The position numbers and the translations under genes were made by a program. Shown in pieces: positions 51,430-64,000 of a stretch of 64,000 bases of DNA (position 1 is its first letter; the number at the start of each line of letters is the position of its first letter). Below the pieces are notes generated by a model that saw only the letters and a list, made by a program, of their open reading frames with translations, was not told where the DNA came from and made no database searches. Source of the DNA: Raja brachyura (Eukaryota); assembly GCA_963514005.1 (NCBI GenBank), contig OY740807.1, forward strand, positions 12,338,001-12,402,000. The letters are read 5' to 3'.

Positions 51430-53119
51430 CTGAAAGACAAGGAAAAGAAACACAGGAGAAAAAAATTAGTTCCTAACATGATGGGAATTCAAAACTAAAA
51501 CAACAATAGTGCAAGTACCGGTGCCCAAAAATGGGAACTTACTTATGAATGCTGAAGTCACTATTAAGATACTAAATAAACAGTCTACATCTGACTTCAC
51601 GAGGGAAGTAAGAGGTGTCCAAAGTAATAGTGAAGGTGGAGATAATTGGGACACTAGATATATTAAAATTGACTGCATAGAGATATTAGAAATGTAGGTC
51701 AGCCAACAGGACAAAATGGAATGCATGTGTGAAATGTGGGGATATCCGAAGCCCTGACCATAATCGTCTAATGCTCATTTGACACGGGGTGTTGCCATAA
51801 GTAGTGCTTCCCTCACTACGGTGAATTCTGGCCTATTGTAGCTACAAAAAGAAGCAATCCACACATCTACTGGCTGAAGAAATCCATGAAAACCAAATGG
51901 ACGTATTTAGTTCACAATCAAATATGCAGTCAACATGATCTTGTGACTTAGGTTTGATTGTCTGAATGTTGGAGACCTGTTTATTTTCTCTCCCAGTACA
52001 GGTTACATAGAAATGGAAGGGATTGGGAAATGGCTGGTTACATTTTGGCAGTGGGTCAGTCTTACTGGTCTAACATTTTTTCCCTGTCTCTGGGATGTAT
52101 AACTGGGTATGCCAAATGAGAGCTCCAGACCAAGAGAAATCTTTCAAACTTGACCACTCAAAGGATTCACACATTGACTCATGTTATCCTTATCTTGCAT
52201 TTCTGATCGATGTTCCTTTAATAATCAGATTTGTATCTTATAGTAACTTTCATCACATCAGGACATTCAAAAACACTTAATAGCCCATTAAGTGTGTTTA
52301 CTGTTCGATATTAAAAATCACAGTGTCGGTGTTTTGCACAGAAGGCTCTCATAATGACAAAGAGATAATGACCTGATAATTAATTTTTCGTGTTGTTTGA
52401 TGAAAGGATAAATAATACCCAGGACATCAAGAAGAACTGAAGGGTCTCAACCCGAAACGTCACCCATTCCTTCTCTCCAGAGATGCTGCCTGACCCGCTG
52501 AGTTACTCCAGCATTTTGTGTCTAGCTTAGATTTAAACCAGCATCTGCAGTTATTTCCTACACATTTTGTCTGCTCCACTGCGAAATCTCCTCAAGGTAT
52601 ATCTACTTTGAAGAAGTTCTCTTCTCTCTGACGAGAGTTCAGCAACATCATCTCTCACTGTTCCCCCTCTGTGATTCCTCCTTCCCTCCGATTCTGCAAC
52701 CACGTCTTAACCCAGACAGTCTGAAAAAGGGTTTTGACTCGAAACGTCACCCATTCCATCTTTCCAGAGATGCTACCTGACCCGCTTGGTTACTCCAGCA
52801 TTTTGTGTCTACCTTCGATTTAAACCAGCATCTGCCCTTTTTTCCTACACAAGAACTCCTTGCTCTCCTTCAAATTTGAGAATAAAGAGAAAGATGGCAA
52901 TACAACAGTGTAGCATTCCCTCTGTACTGCTCTACGCTCAAATCAAAATATATGCAAGTGAAGAAATAGTCTCAATTTCTTGGTGGGCCTTTAAGCTCAG
53001 CATTCAGGAATGTATAATAATGTTTCTTGTTTATAAGGGCCTGTTGGCACCGGCGGTTATACAGACTTTACTCAGTACCTGAGAGGAGCCAGAAGTGCCT
53101 CAACTGGATACAGAACTAG

Positions 53120-54610
53120 CTTTGTGGTAGGAAACAGAGGGTGGTGGTGGAGAATTGTTTTACGAACTGGAGATCTGTGACGAGCTGTATGCTTCAGTGC
53201 TGGGCCCATTGCTGTTTGTCGTCCATATCAACGATTTGGATGAGAGTGTACAAGGCATGAACAGTAAATTTGCTGATGACACTAACTTAGGTAGTTTCGT
53301 AGACTGAGGAAGGATATCAAGAATTACAAGGGGATCTTGATCAGCGAGGCAAGTGGGTCAAGGAATGGCTGATGGAGTTTAATGCAGATAAGTGTGAGGT
53401 GTTGTATTATGGGAAGTCAAACCAGGACAAGATCTTTACAGTGAATAGTAGGGCATTCGAGAGTAAAGAGGTCTAGGCATACAAGTATATCATTCTATGA
53501 AAGTGGTGTAATAGATAGGGTGGTGAAGAGGCTTTTGGCTTATTGGCATTAATCAGTCAGGGAAATGAGTATAGAAGTTGAGACATTATGTTACAGATGT
53601 ATTTGTGAGGTTGCTCTTGGAGTATCGTGTTTAATTGTGCTCACCCTGGTATAGGAAGGATACCATTATGCTGGAAAGTGTACAGAGAAGATGTACAATA
53701 ATGTTGCAAGGACACAAGGGCCAGAGCTATAGGGAGAATTTGGACAGGCTAGGACTTTATTCCGTGGAATGCAGGAGGCTGAGGGGTGACCTCTGGAGGT
53801 GAATAAAATCATGAGGGGAATGCATAGGGTGAATGTGCAGAGTCTTTTTCCCAAGGGTAGGGGAATCAAGAAACCGGGCACAGGTTTAAGTGAGAGGGAA
53901 AGAGTTAATAGAAACATGAGGGGCAACGTTTTCACATAGAAATATATATATAGGGTATATAGAACGAGCTGCCGGAAGAAATAGTTTAGGCAGGTATATA
54001 AAACAACATTTAAAATAAATTTTGAATAGGTATAAAGGTAAAAATGGTTTAGAAGGAGATTTTGATACTAGGAACTGAAGATGCTGGGTAAGAAAAAAGA
54101 CACAAAATGCTGGGTCAGGCAGCATCTCTGGAAAGCACGTATAAGTTACATTTTGGGTCGGGACCATTGTTCTAACTGAATATAGGGGGAGGAAGAAAGC
54201 TGGAAGAGAGGAAGGGCAGGACAAAGCCTGGCAGGTAATACGTTGAAACAGGTGGGGTTTTCTTGATCGGCAGATGGTGGACCGAGACCAGAGGTGAAGA
54301 GACAGAAGGTGTGAGACAAAATAATTGAAGAGTTGTAAATTGTGAAGCTAGAGGAATGAATATAGGTGGAAGGGAAGAGGAGAGGAAGGGAAGAAATAGG
54401 TGCAAGTCCAGTAGCACATGGGAGGGGGAGGAGTTGGAGGATGGAGAGGGTGAGAGTTTTGTAGTTACCTAAATTTGGAGAATTCAATGTTCATACCATT
54501 GAGTTTTAGAGGTATAGGCCAAATGCGGATAAGTGGGACTAGCCTAATAGGGCATCTTGGTCAACGAGGATGAGCTGGGCCAAAGGACTGGTTTCTGTGC
54601 TGTATGGCTC
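53120..54610 (+). mobile_element. CR1 3' fragment with a nested - strand Penelope fragment (about 54065-54505)
   Basis: VLGPLLFVVHINDLD...KFADDT at about 53197-53283. The CR1 tail resumes at tttagaggtataggccaaatgc. Confidence 0.8.
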
Positions 54611-54955
54611 AGACTCTAACCTCTACCTTCATCCACAGCACAATGTGGTTGCAAGTTGATTGCAAACCAAGCAATTCTATTTCGGAGAAAACAAATGATT
54701 GAAATGTCAGATGCATCAACACATCATGTCCTGTCTAATTATTCCAGTACACAGCAGCATTCACTGATTTGAATAGAAACAACAAGGTGCCTTGAGACAA
54801 GCAACTTAACAAATAACGCTCTTCCGCACTCTGTCCCAGGGGTTCTAATCTACTTATAAATACACTGTAAACAGCAATATCCCAGAAAACAGTAGACCAA
54901 ATTTAATTACTGTTGCTTATCATCATCCTAAGCTCCTCAGTATTTTTAAGAGGTA

Positions 54956-55390
54956 CTAGACCAAGTGGGACCCGTTGGATCCCGTCCCCTCAACGCGCGG
55001 CTGTAGGGGGGGGGGGGGGGGGGGGGAGGAGGAGGGGGGGGGGAGGAGGGAAGCGAGCGGCAGGCAGCGAGCGGCGGCCGGGTGACATAAATCGCAGCGA
55101 GTGGAACACAGCATGCATACCCATTGTGACATCATCAGCCACAGTCAGCCGGTTTTATTTTCTAAGTTATTTCAGATTTTTGAACATTTTGATTAATAAC
55201 TCGAGAAATAATGCATTCAATTTTCAGATAAGGCAATTTTGGACTCCACGGGAAAAATCTCTATCGAAATATGTTAAAATATTACCGTTACCGCTTCGGT
55301 TTTTCGAGAAGAGGTGATCACACACAAATAAATAAGGGGCAATAGATAAATAAATAGACATCCAAGATCAGAGTTTTATATTTGTAATGA
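54956..55390 (-). mobile_element. Non-autonomous Helitron
   Basis: On -: 5' TC, 3' CTAG, subterminal GC hairpin (gggacccgttggatccc), inserted between A and T with no TSD. The flanks rejoin as the CR1 tail aagaggtatttggacaggcacatg. Confidence 0.85.
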
Positions 55391-55539
55391 TTTGGACAGG
55401 CACATGAACATGCAGAGAATTAAAGAATATAGACCACATGCAGACAGATGAGAGTAGTCTAATTTGGCATAGTTGTCAATACAAATATCTTGGGCAAAAG
55501 GGTCTATTCATGGTATTCGGGCCACAACTGACCAAAATA

Positions 55540-56330
55540 TACGCCTTAGGAATTGAGAAAAAAACTATATAGGCATAAAACAACAAGAAGGATAAAGATT
55601 ATCATATATGTAAAGAGGAAGTGAGTCGTAATCTAAAAGCATTATTTCGTAGATGAGTGGAATTATTAATAGGGAATAAAGAAATGGCCGAGACACTAAC
55701 CAGGTATTTTTGTAACATTGAAAGCAGGCTAAAAATAGCAATTAACCAAGGGGGAAAAAAATGAAAAACATCCAAGTTTTTCTCATAAATTAGTGATTAT
55801 TTTACCAGAAGAACAAATAGGGTGAAGGATGGCTGATCTCCTGTAAATGATGATCTTTATTCCTAGTGTGATCAAAATAATTGGCCGTAGAGATAGTGTG
55901 TGCATTAGTTGTGACCTTCAAAATGCCTTGGTTATGATAAATGTTTTTTAGCAGATCAGTAAGCAATATATGCAACACTGCTGTTCAACAAGGGAGATAA
56001 AATAAAGAGCTATATCAGTTGCCACCAAAACAGTTGTCGGGAAAATCTATAATTAAGGAAATGATGATAGATCATTTATTGAAACTAAACATGATTAGGC
56101 TTTATGGAAGAGAAATTAGACATAAGAAATTAAGTTATTTGGGGATGTGTCTAGCAGGATGGATAATGGGAGCAATTGGTATTGGTACCAGATAAAACTT
56201 ACTCCATAAGGTTAAAGTTGATATGGTTGAGAGAAATATGTTGATAGAGAATTCTTAACATGCAACACAAGGTGAGATTGATTGTTTTCTTTGGCTGGAA
56301 ACAAGTCATATTTACAAAATGTCTGCATTT
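55540..56330 (+). mobile_element. Highly degenerate CR1 ORF2 fragment
   Basis: GELLIGNKEMAETLTRYF-like segment and later RT-like remnants. Confidence 0.5.
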
Positions 56331-59104
56331 TGGCGGGAGGAGTAGAATTAAAAATGTGAGGTCCTCACACACAACTTTCTATACTCTCCCCCTGCTCTCT
56401 GTCATCCCAGTTTCCTTTGCTTCCTCCACCTCCTCCTTCTGCTTATCACCCCCCCCCTACCTCCCCCCCAACGGTCCTCTATTCCTCACATTCCCAGCAA
56501 CTATCCCTCCCCCCTGCTTTTTACATTTCACTACTCGCATTCCTTTCTTCTCAGATTTCACCCTCTGCAGCCTTTTATCTTCTGCACTTCCATCTCGAGC
56601 TTTTGTGATAATCACGCCCATCATTTCCACCCTGATTCATCTGCCAACCAACCCCTTATTTCATGCATCCACCTATCACTTACTGGCCCTTGACCCCTTC
56701 TATTCACCTCTTTCTACCAGCTATCTCCTCTCTACTCCAGTCTTGAAGTAAAGTCCTCATCCAAAACATTGCCTGTTCATTTCCATCCATAAATGCTGCC
56801 TGATCTGCTGTGTTCCTCCAGTAGCTTGTGTTTTGTTCATGATTTTAGCATCTATGGTCCCTTGTGGCTCCAAAGTAGTGGTAAAATTGTGTGAGGTTGT
56901 GAGATCTGCATGTCCTCTTATAAGAAACATGGTTAAGTAAATAATCATTACATTGTTGGCATTTCTTGCAAGGGGGGGTGAAGTAATAAAAGCAGTCCTA
57001 TAATGTAAATGAAATTAGAAAGGTGGCATAACCATGGATTTCAAAATAAATTGGGGATAGTATTAGATTTAGAGAAGAGAAATATAAAAATACCAGAAAA
57101 ATCATCTTTCAATTAAAACATTACAGTAAAACCGATCTGCTTTTTTAGATACAACTTTGTCAAGGACCAAGAGTGTTCTCCTTGGTGTTCAAACATATGT
57201 TTATCCCTCGGGTCAATATCTCAAAAATAAACTATCTGGCTATTATAATATAACTACTGAGGGTTTCCAGTGGCTGTAGGTGTATTATAGAATCTCCTGG
57301 GGTTATAAAATATGCTATATAAATGCAAATCTTCCTTTACTGAGCGAAGAGCAGATACTGATCTTTGGCTGGTAGTTCTGACTTTGACAGCATTCAAATA
57401 GAGTGTTCAATCATGGTTAAAAGGTTCTTCTGACACCACCCGCTAACTTTCACAGGGAATTAGATTGCTGCCAATGAATAAACGACGTCAGTACTATGTG
57501 CTCTAAGTCTTTGGCACTTTTAAGTAACGTTTGGATAATGACGAAGTTAACCTGTAAAATAGAGTCTGTTAACATAAACTGTAGCTAAACTTGACAGACT
57601 CAACATTGAAGTTTCCCATTCATCTCCCACATTGGATCTCCAGAGGACTATACAATAAGAGCACCAAATGTACCTGGACACGCAAGTAGGTTATATTGAA
57701 CTCAGTGGCTTGGCTTTATAGACTTTAGCCTTTAACAATGCAGGTTAGCAGGTTGGGAGATGGAATGGGGAGAGATGAGAGGATATAATCACCAGCATTG
57801 GATGGATGGGAGTGCTAAAATGAGATGCAGGAGAAGATGGTATTTGGAGCCGATGAGGTGGTTCAGATTCAGTAGTAGGCTGAGATTTGTTGGGAGTAAA
57901 AGTTCTTCATTCAACAGGCTGAAACTGCAAATTAACAAGCTTTCTTGGAAAATCTCTTCTATGATTAGGTTAATTTAAAACGTTATTCATAATGCAGTTT
58001 AAACAATCGGAGCAAATCTTTCTGTATGTTTATTTTGCCATTTATTCAATACATTCTCTCACAATGCATCAATTCCATTCTTGTTTCCTCGTAAAATAAT
58101 GCACCCGTGATGTGTTTGAGAGACTGTTACATAGGGCCTAATCCCTCAGTACTCAGTTTCAGCAGGACCTTGGACTATGGTCCTCCTGATGGTTCTACTG
58201 GGCTTCAGTGCATCCCTCACAATGTACTCCTTCACCCTGGAGTGGGCCAGTCAGTAGCATTCACTTGCAGACATCTTACACTGGAAGGCCAATAACATTT
58301 CATGTAGACCAAAGTATATCTTTCACACAGTAGATGATCTTTCAACGTAGGTTAAGTGCTTCCCTCAGCCAGTTGTCAGGTGCTGATTTTTCACATTATA
58401 ACAATGAGCAGATGAGCACACCAGCTTCATATCTGGATCAAGATGAAATCACAAGGGAAATATAGACTATAAATCTACATCTGCCTGAACAGCACTTGGT
58501 TAAAATTAGGATAAACTAATAGATCATGGTCAGCAAAGAGGCCAGGATAGCTAGTGCGGCAATAATGTCCAAACATGCAGAACACAGAGAGGCAGGTTGA
58601 TGATGTTTGTATGTTGAAGGGGTTGGGATGATGGAGGTTGGATGATGTAGATCAGAACTAGGCATTAGCAGAAGGCTTCCATCAATAAAACCAGTTGAGA
58701 ATTCTGGAGCTTATTGACCTACAAGCTAAATGAAGGATAGTAGAAAGAGGATCTTGTGTAAACACAAGCAGGGACCAGTTAAGCCAAACAGCATGTGTCT
58801 GAGCTGTAAATGCTAATCAAATATATTGTAAAGCTCCCACTATACTTCTGCCTTCACAGGCATGTTCCAATGAACTCTACCTGTTTATGCATAGAAAGAT
58901 GCCACAAACAATGAATTGAGTAGAATTCCCTAATAGCATCCTTGTAGGTTTAGGTTTATTATTGGCACGCATATCAAGGTGCAGTAAAAAGCTTTGTTTT
59001 GCATGTTACCCAATCAGATCAAATAATACTACACAAATAACATAAAATAAAATTACTTGGACAGTAAATAACATTGCCTGCTTATTGTTATGATAAGGCT
59101 CGGT

Positions 59105-59740
59105 GAATACAATACGATAGAACTTAGAGGGAAATTGATCTGCCAAAAGTCATAAAACGTAATTAAAAAGTCATTAAATATGAAATTAAAGTGACAAGTG
59201 GAAAGGATCGGGCTTGTGGGTGGGGGGGGGAGGGGAGTCAGTCTACCCCATGCATAAGGAGGAGTAGTTGTACAGTTTGATAGCCACAGGGAAGAAGGAT
59301 CTCCTGTGGCGTTCTGTACTGCATCGTAGTGGAACTCTTCAGATTGACTAGTGTGTCATGGAGGGGGTGAGCTGTATTGTCCAAGATGCTCCACAGTTTG
59401 AGGAGCATCCTCCTCTCCAAGACCACCTCCCATTAATCCAACTCCACCCCCAGGACAGAGCCAGCCTTCCTGATGAGTTTGTTAATCCTATTGCCGTCCG
59501 CGACCTTTGCCCTGCTGCCCCAGCACACAACAGCGAATAAAATGGCATTCGCTACCAAGATTCTAGAGGGCTCCTCAATAATCTTTGTTCGCTACCACCA
59601 ATTGATAGAACATCTACAGCATCTTACTACAGATGTTGAATGGGCGGCGCCTTCTCAAAAAGTATAGCCGGCTCTGTCCCTTCTTTTACAGGGCCTCAGT
59701 GTTCCTGGACCCATCCAGTTTACTGTCCAGGTACAATCCA
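59105..59740 (-). mobile_element. Rex1/Babar-type LINE 3' fragment
   Basis: NKLIRKAGSVLGVEL...VLERRMLLKLWSILDNTAHPLH...RRSFFPVAIKLYN across frames. Confidence 0.78.
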
Positions 59741-61754
59741 AAAGGTAGACACAAAATGATGGAGTAACATAGTGTTCATGGGAATTTATCAAACCTGCAC
59801 TAGCCCCAGATCCTCCACAGCTGGAGCAAAACGCCATGCAAATCTGGAATTACCATATTTTCTCAGACAGAGTGAATAGAATGTGAAATGTAAATATTCA
59901 ATATTATGAGGAACTTTTCAGGTCAATATTCTCTTAAGTGAGCAGAGTTTAGATAAAACCTGTGTAGGAAAGAACTGCACATGCTGGTTTAAATTGAAGG
60001 TAGACACAAAATGCCGGAGTAAATCAGCAGGACAGGCAGCATCTCTGGAGAGAAGGAATGGGTGGCATTTCGGGTTGAGACCCTTCGTCAGACATCCTTT
60101 GGTAAAAAATATATATATTTCTGTGGTGCCTTTTATGATTTGAAGTCTGGAGGGCTTGTATTATAAGGAGAGATTGGATAGGCTGCGTCTTTATACTCTG
60201 GAGTGTAGGAGGTTGAAGAGTGACCTTAATAGAGGTTGATAAAATCAAGAGGAGCATAGATAAGGCGAATACCCAGGGTCTTTTCCCCCAGGCTAGGAGA
60301 GTCTAAACTATAAGGCAGAGGGTGAATGGGGAAAAATTTAAATGGGACCTGAGGGGCAACTTTTTCAAGGTGGCAGGTATATGGAATGAGCTACCAGAGA
60401 AGTGGTACATCCCGACATTTAAAAGACCTTTGCACAACTACATGATTAGGAAAGGATGAGAGGGAAATGAGGCAGGAGTAAGCAATTGGGACCAGCTCAG
60501 TTGGACAACTTGGTCGACATGGACAAATTCGCTGGAGGACCTGTTTCTGTGCTGAGAGTGTGACAACTGCTCCATAGGAAAGGCAGCACTAGTGAGAAAA
60601 ATCCTGCAGCCCTGAATGTAAACACTTGAGGGTTTCAGAAAGCAGCACTGGTATCTTAGCAGCATTGCCGTTGTCATGGTAATAAAGGTTTAGTATAAAG
60701 AGAGTGCTTTCCTTCCTCCCCCAATTCATTATGTCTTCACAGTCACATGATAATTTAAAATCTTGATAAGTCTGATTGGGTCAGTGCAAAACTTAAGCCA
60801 GGTCCACTTGTTGGTGTAATCAGGGAGCTGATTAAGTCAGCATGCCAAAGTACAGTAACACAGAAGTAGCTCCCACTCAGATCATTTCACACCTCATATT
60901 TCCGTCGTGCCTATTGCGTCAGAACATCTAAAAAATAAGTGATATTGAAATACATTAAATATTATAATGTAGGCAGCTGGAACCCAATTGACTCATAGCA
61001 AGGTCACACAATAAACTAGAAAGGGTGGAAAAGAGATTCATAAAATTGTTGCTGGGACTGTCAGGACTTGAATTATTAAGAGAGGTATAATTGCATAAAA
61101 GGCATTTAGACAGACGCACATGCTTAGGTTTAAAGGGATATGGGCCAAATGCAAGCAAATGGTTCTTTCTCGGGTAGGCAACCTCATTGCAAGGCGAGTT
61201 GGGCCTGGGGACTTGCTGTACCATATGACTCTGACTCTAATTAGCTGAGAGAGACAGTATTAGGTGTGGGTCCAAGGTTAAGTCTTGGATATAGTGGTCC
61301 CCGTCTCATGTCTTCGTTCTCTGTCCTGTTGCAGGGCTTCTACCTGAAGCATCTACCATTCCTTTTCCTCCTCACATGCTGCTCGACTCGCTGAGTTCCT
61401 CCAGCAGTTTGTATTTTCCAACCTATTATGTTTCATTTGTTTTCTGATTGATTGAAATATAGCAAGGAATCAGGTGGTTTCAACCCACTTGGGCCATATC
61501 GAATATCTATGTTATTCCACTTTCGCATCAACTCCCTAAAAACTCGGACAATTTACAGAGGCCAATTAACCTACAAACCCACATGTCTTTGGAATGCAGA
61601 TTGAAACGGTAGCACCTGGAAGAAATCCACGTAGACACAGGGAGAGCTTGCGAACTCCGCACAGACAGCATATGTTGTCAGAATGGAACCTGTCTCTGTC
61701 ACTGTGATGTATCAGCTGAGGAGGAGAGGAGGCTGATGAGGGACCTGAGAGATT

Positions 61755-61808
61755 GGGGTGGGAGATTACAACCTTCACGTGGTCCACCCTGTTTCGACGA
61801 ATGCAATC
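61755..61808 (+). ncRNA. Minimal HDV-like self-cleaving ribozyme (54 nt), catalytic C retained
   Basis: P1 61755-61761/61784-61790 with G1-U wobble, P2 61764-61770/61802-61808, P3 ACC/GGU, L3 UUCACGU, J4/2 CGAA (C61798). Confidence 0.82.
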
Positions 61809-61892
61809 AACTTGGTGTGCACAAACAGAAGATCAAACAGAACAAGTTGTCTTTAGGCTGCGCACGCCACAAGCAAGAAGAAGAAGTAGAAG
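61755..61892 (+). mobile_element. Short non-autonomous retroelement with HDV-like ribozyme head and (GAA)n tail, copy 2
   Basis: TSD gggacctgagaga (61740-61752, 61893-61905), inserted in a CR1 fragment. Same 5' start as copy 1. Confidence 0.85.
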
Positions 61893-62769
61893 GGGACCTG
61901 AGAGAGGTATACCAGATTATGATAGGCATAGTTTGAGTAGTAGTAAGAACCATTTCCCCATTGCAGAGATGTCTAAGATAGAAAGAATTGTGAGGAGTTT
62001 AGAAGAAATCTGGAGAATAATATTTCACCTAGATGGTTGCAACCAGGAACTCATTGCCTGAGAAGGTGATGATGGCAGAAACTCTCACAGGGGTTACGAG
62101 TTAAGAAGCATTTGGATTAGAATCTTGAATCGCTAAGGCATAATAGGTTACTGGAAACACAAGACGCTGCAGATCTGTAATCTTGAGCAACAAAACAAAC
62201 TGATGGATGAACTCAGGAGTCAGGCGACATCTGGAGGGAACCGGAGATACAACGTTTCACGTTGGGATCTATCTTCAAGATTGGACAAAATGGGATTAAT
62301 ATAGTCAGGTATTTGATGGTTGGCATAGAATTGGTCGGCCTAAAGGCCCCTTTCTGTACTGTATGACTCTTTATCTCCATGATTCTAAATGCAGCAAAAT
62401 TGGCATTTGAAGTAGACAGATCGATCTGGCAAGATCTTCCATTCTGATTTATTAAAAAGTTAACCTTTTTTGGTGCAATGTTTGTCAAATAGGGAACAGG
62501 AACCCAAAGCTTGAGGGACTGAGATGTGCAAATTCATCTCCTAACACTTTAGAGTAATTACGATGAGATTGACAAGTGTTGTATTAATATACTGCAGAAT
62601 TGCAGTGCAGTTGCAAAGTATATTGCAAAGTATATGAGCTTCAAATGCATACAGTAAACTCCACTGTCCTCATTCTATCATTGCTGTCTGCTGATTTTGC
62701 AGGACATTGGGTACAGCTAGTGATTGTGACCTTGAGCTTGTAAACTACTAGAATCCATGACCTGAAAAA

Positions 62770-63135
62770 CTAGTAAGTAAGTAAATGTTATTTATATAGC
62801 ACTCGCGTAGCAACCAAAGTGCTTTCCATAAAATAAATTATAACGTTTCCGTACATCCATAGAAAAAATTAAAAATAAGAAAAATGACACAACACATTAT
62901 AAATTCAACATGAACGTCCCCCCACAACAGAATCAAAATTTTCCACTGTGGGGAAAGGCATCAAAACGTTTAGTCCACTTCCTCTGTGATCACCCGAGGT
63001 CGGGGCCTATTTGTGGCCTCCGCAGCCAGTCCGATGTTTTCAGGCCCTCTTTGCCGGAAAGCTGGAACTCCAGCGTCGGGTGAACACTCCTCAGCGGCTT
63101 GGAAAATGTCTGGAGCGGCCGCCTGCTCCCCGGAG
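62770..63135 (-). mobile_element. Short element with L2-like 3' end and (TTAC)n tail
   Basis: + strand aagtaagtaaatgttatttatatagcac (L2-type terminus) followed by a CpG-rich body. Confidence 0.45.
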
Positions 63136-63700
63136 AACTAGTTGTGCAAAGCATTTCAGGTCAGGGAGACTGCAGTAGCCGTGAACTGGGGTGGACATAG
63201 GTACAATTTGATGTTATTTGTATAGGACCTAGCAAGTTTCAGGACACTGGAATCAGGAGACCAAAGGATAGGAACAAAGAGGGGTATAGTATGAGATACG
63301 GATGCAAAGTGAAGAAATGAGAAGTTGCTGAGGGCTCTATATTTATTAGGGGCACTGGAGGGGTGTTTAGGTTTATGTCTATTATTGTCACGTGTACTGA
63401 GGTACAGTGAAAAGCTTTGTTTTACGTGATATCCAATCAAATTTGTATACATTGGGTATGCAGCAAAGAATTTCACTGTGCTTAGTCACATGTGACAATA
63501 AAGTATTCCATTCCAAATCAGATAATACTGTATATCAATAAGTACAAAGCAACATTAGTAAATTTGCAGATTACACTAAATTGGGTGGCATCATAGGGCG
63601 CGAAGATAGTTATCAAAAATTGCAGGAGGATCATGATCAGTGGGCAGGTGGGCTGAGGAATGGTCAACACAGATAACTTTAATACAGATTGTGAGTGTAA

Positions 63701-64000
63701 AGGGGCTGTCCCACTGCAGTGACCTAATCTGCGAGAGTTTAGAAGAGTTTGCCGTCGACACAAACTCGCAGCATGGTCGACACGTGGTCCTAGGAGGTCC
63801 TATGAGGTCACTGGAACTCTCCTTCATGCTCGAGGGAAGTTCCCGCATACTCGTGGCCTCAGTTTGGTTGAGGAAAACTTTTCAGCATGTTAAAACTTTT
63901 TTCCGCAAGTAAAATTTGGTCGGCATAGTTATTTTGAACTTGTAGTGCAGTGGAGTAGTGTCGCAATGTAGTAACAGGCAGTCGAGGGCAGCCGCAGGCA
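63701..64000. mobile_element. Left part of a third Harbinger-type MITE, cut by the window end
   Basis: TAA|AGGGGCTGTCCCACT terminus like those at 13932 and 22526, CpG-rich body, and it interrupts a CR1 fragment. Confidence 0.7.

Noticed and set aside
51509-51697. 62-aa plus-strand ORF next to PPM1E exon 2
   Set aside because: It resembles a decayed CR1 ORF2 segment (GNLLMNAE...LNK..S.FT.E).
60670-60683. Isolated RFX X-box-like motif GTTGTCATGGTAAT
   Set aside because: It is a single motif with no CpG island or other supporting context, so a chance match in 64 kb is plausible.
1-64000. CRISPR arrays, operons or other prokaryotic systems
   Set aside because: The sequence is spliced vertebrate DNA. 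Recurrent ~30-nt motifs are dispersed retroelement ends, not regularly spaced repeat-spacer arrays.

Overview
Vertebrate genomic DNA, most likely from a cartilaginous fish (inferred from HE1/V-SINE, SacSINE1-like DeuSINE, CR1/HER1 and Penelope repeats). It holds two convergent genes. The 3' exons of TRIM37 lie on + (2927-16903, 3'UTR to about 19450). PPM1E exons 2-7 lie on - (51429 down to the stop at 29951; exon 1 is outside the window). All splice phases are mutually consistent. The rest is repeat-dense intron and intergenic DNA: L1/Tx1, CR1, Rex1/Babar, Penelope-like elements with minimal hammerhead motifs, tRNA-derived SINEs, three Harbinger-type MITEs, a hAT MITE and a non-autonomous Helitron. 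The most notable signal is a ~140-nt non-tRNA short retroelement present twice (24963-25105 on -, 61755-61892 on +). Its first 54 nt fold into a complete minimal HDV-like ribozyme, followed by a stem-loop and a (GAA)n tail, and both copies are flanked by target-site duplications. A CpG island with four E-boxes, an X-box-like site and a strong + strand splice donor inside PPM1E intron 2 may mark a nested antisense transcript. Gene and family names come from recalled sequence similarity, not from database searches, and repeat boundaries are approximate.
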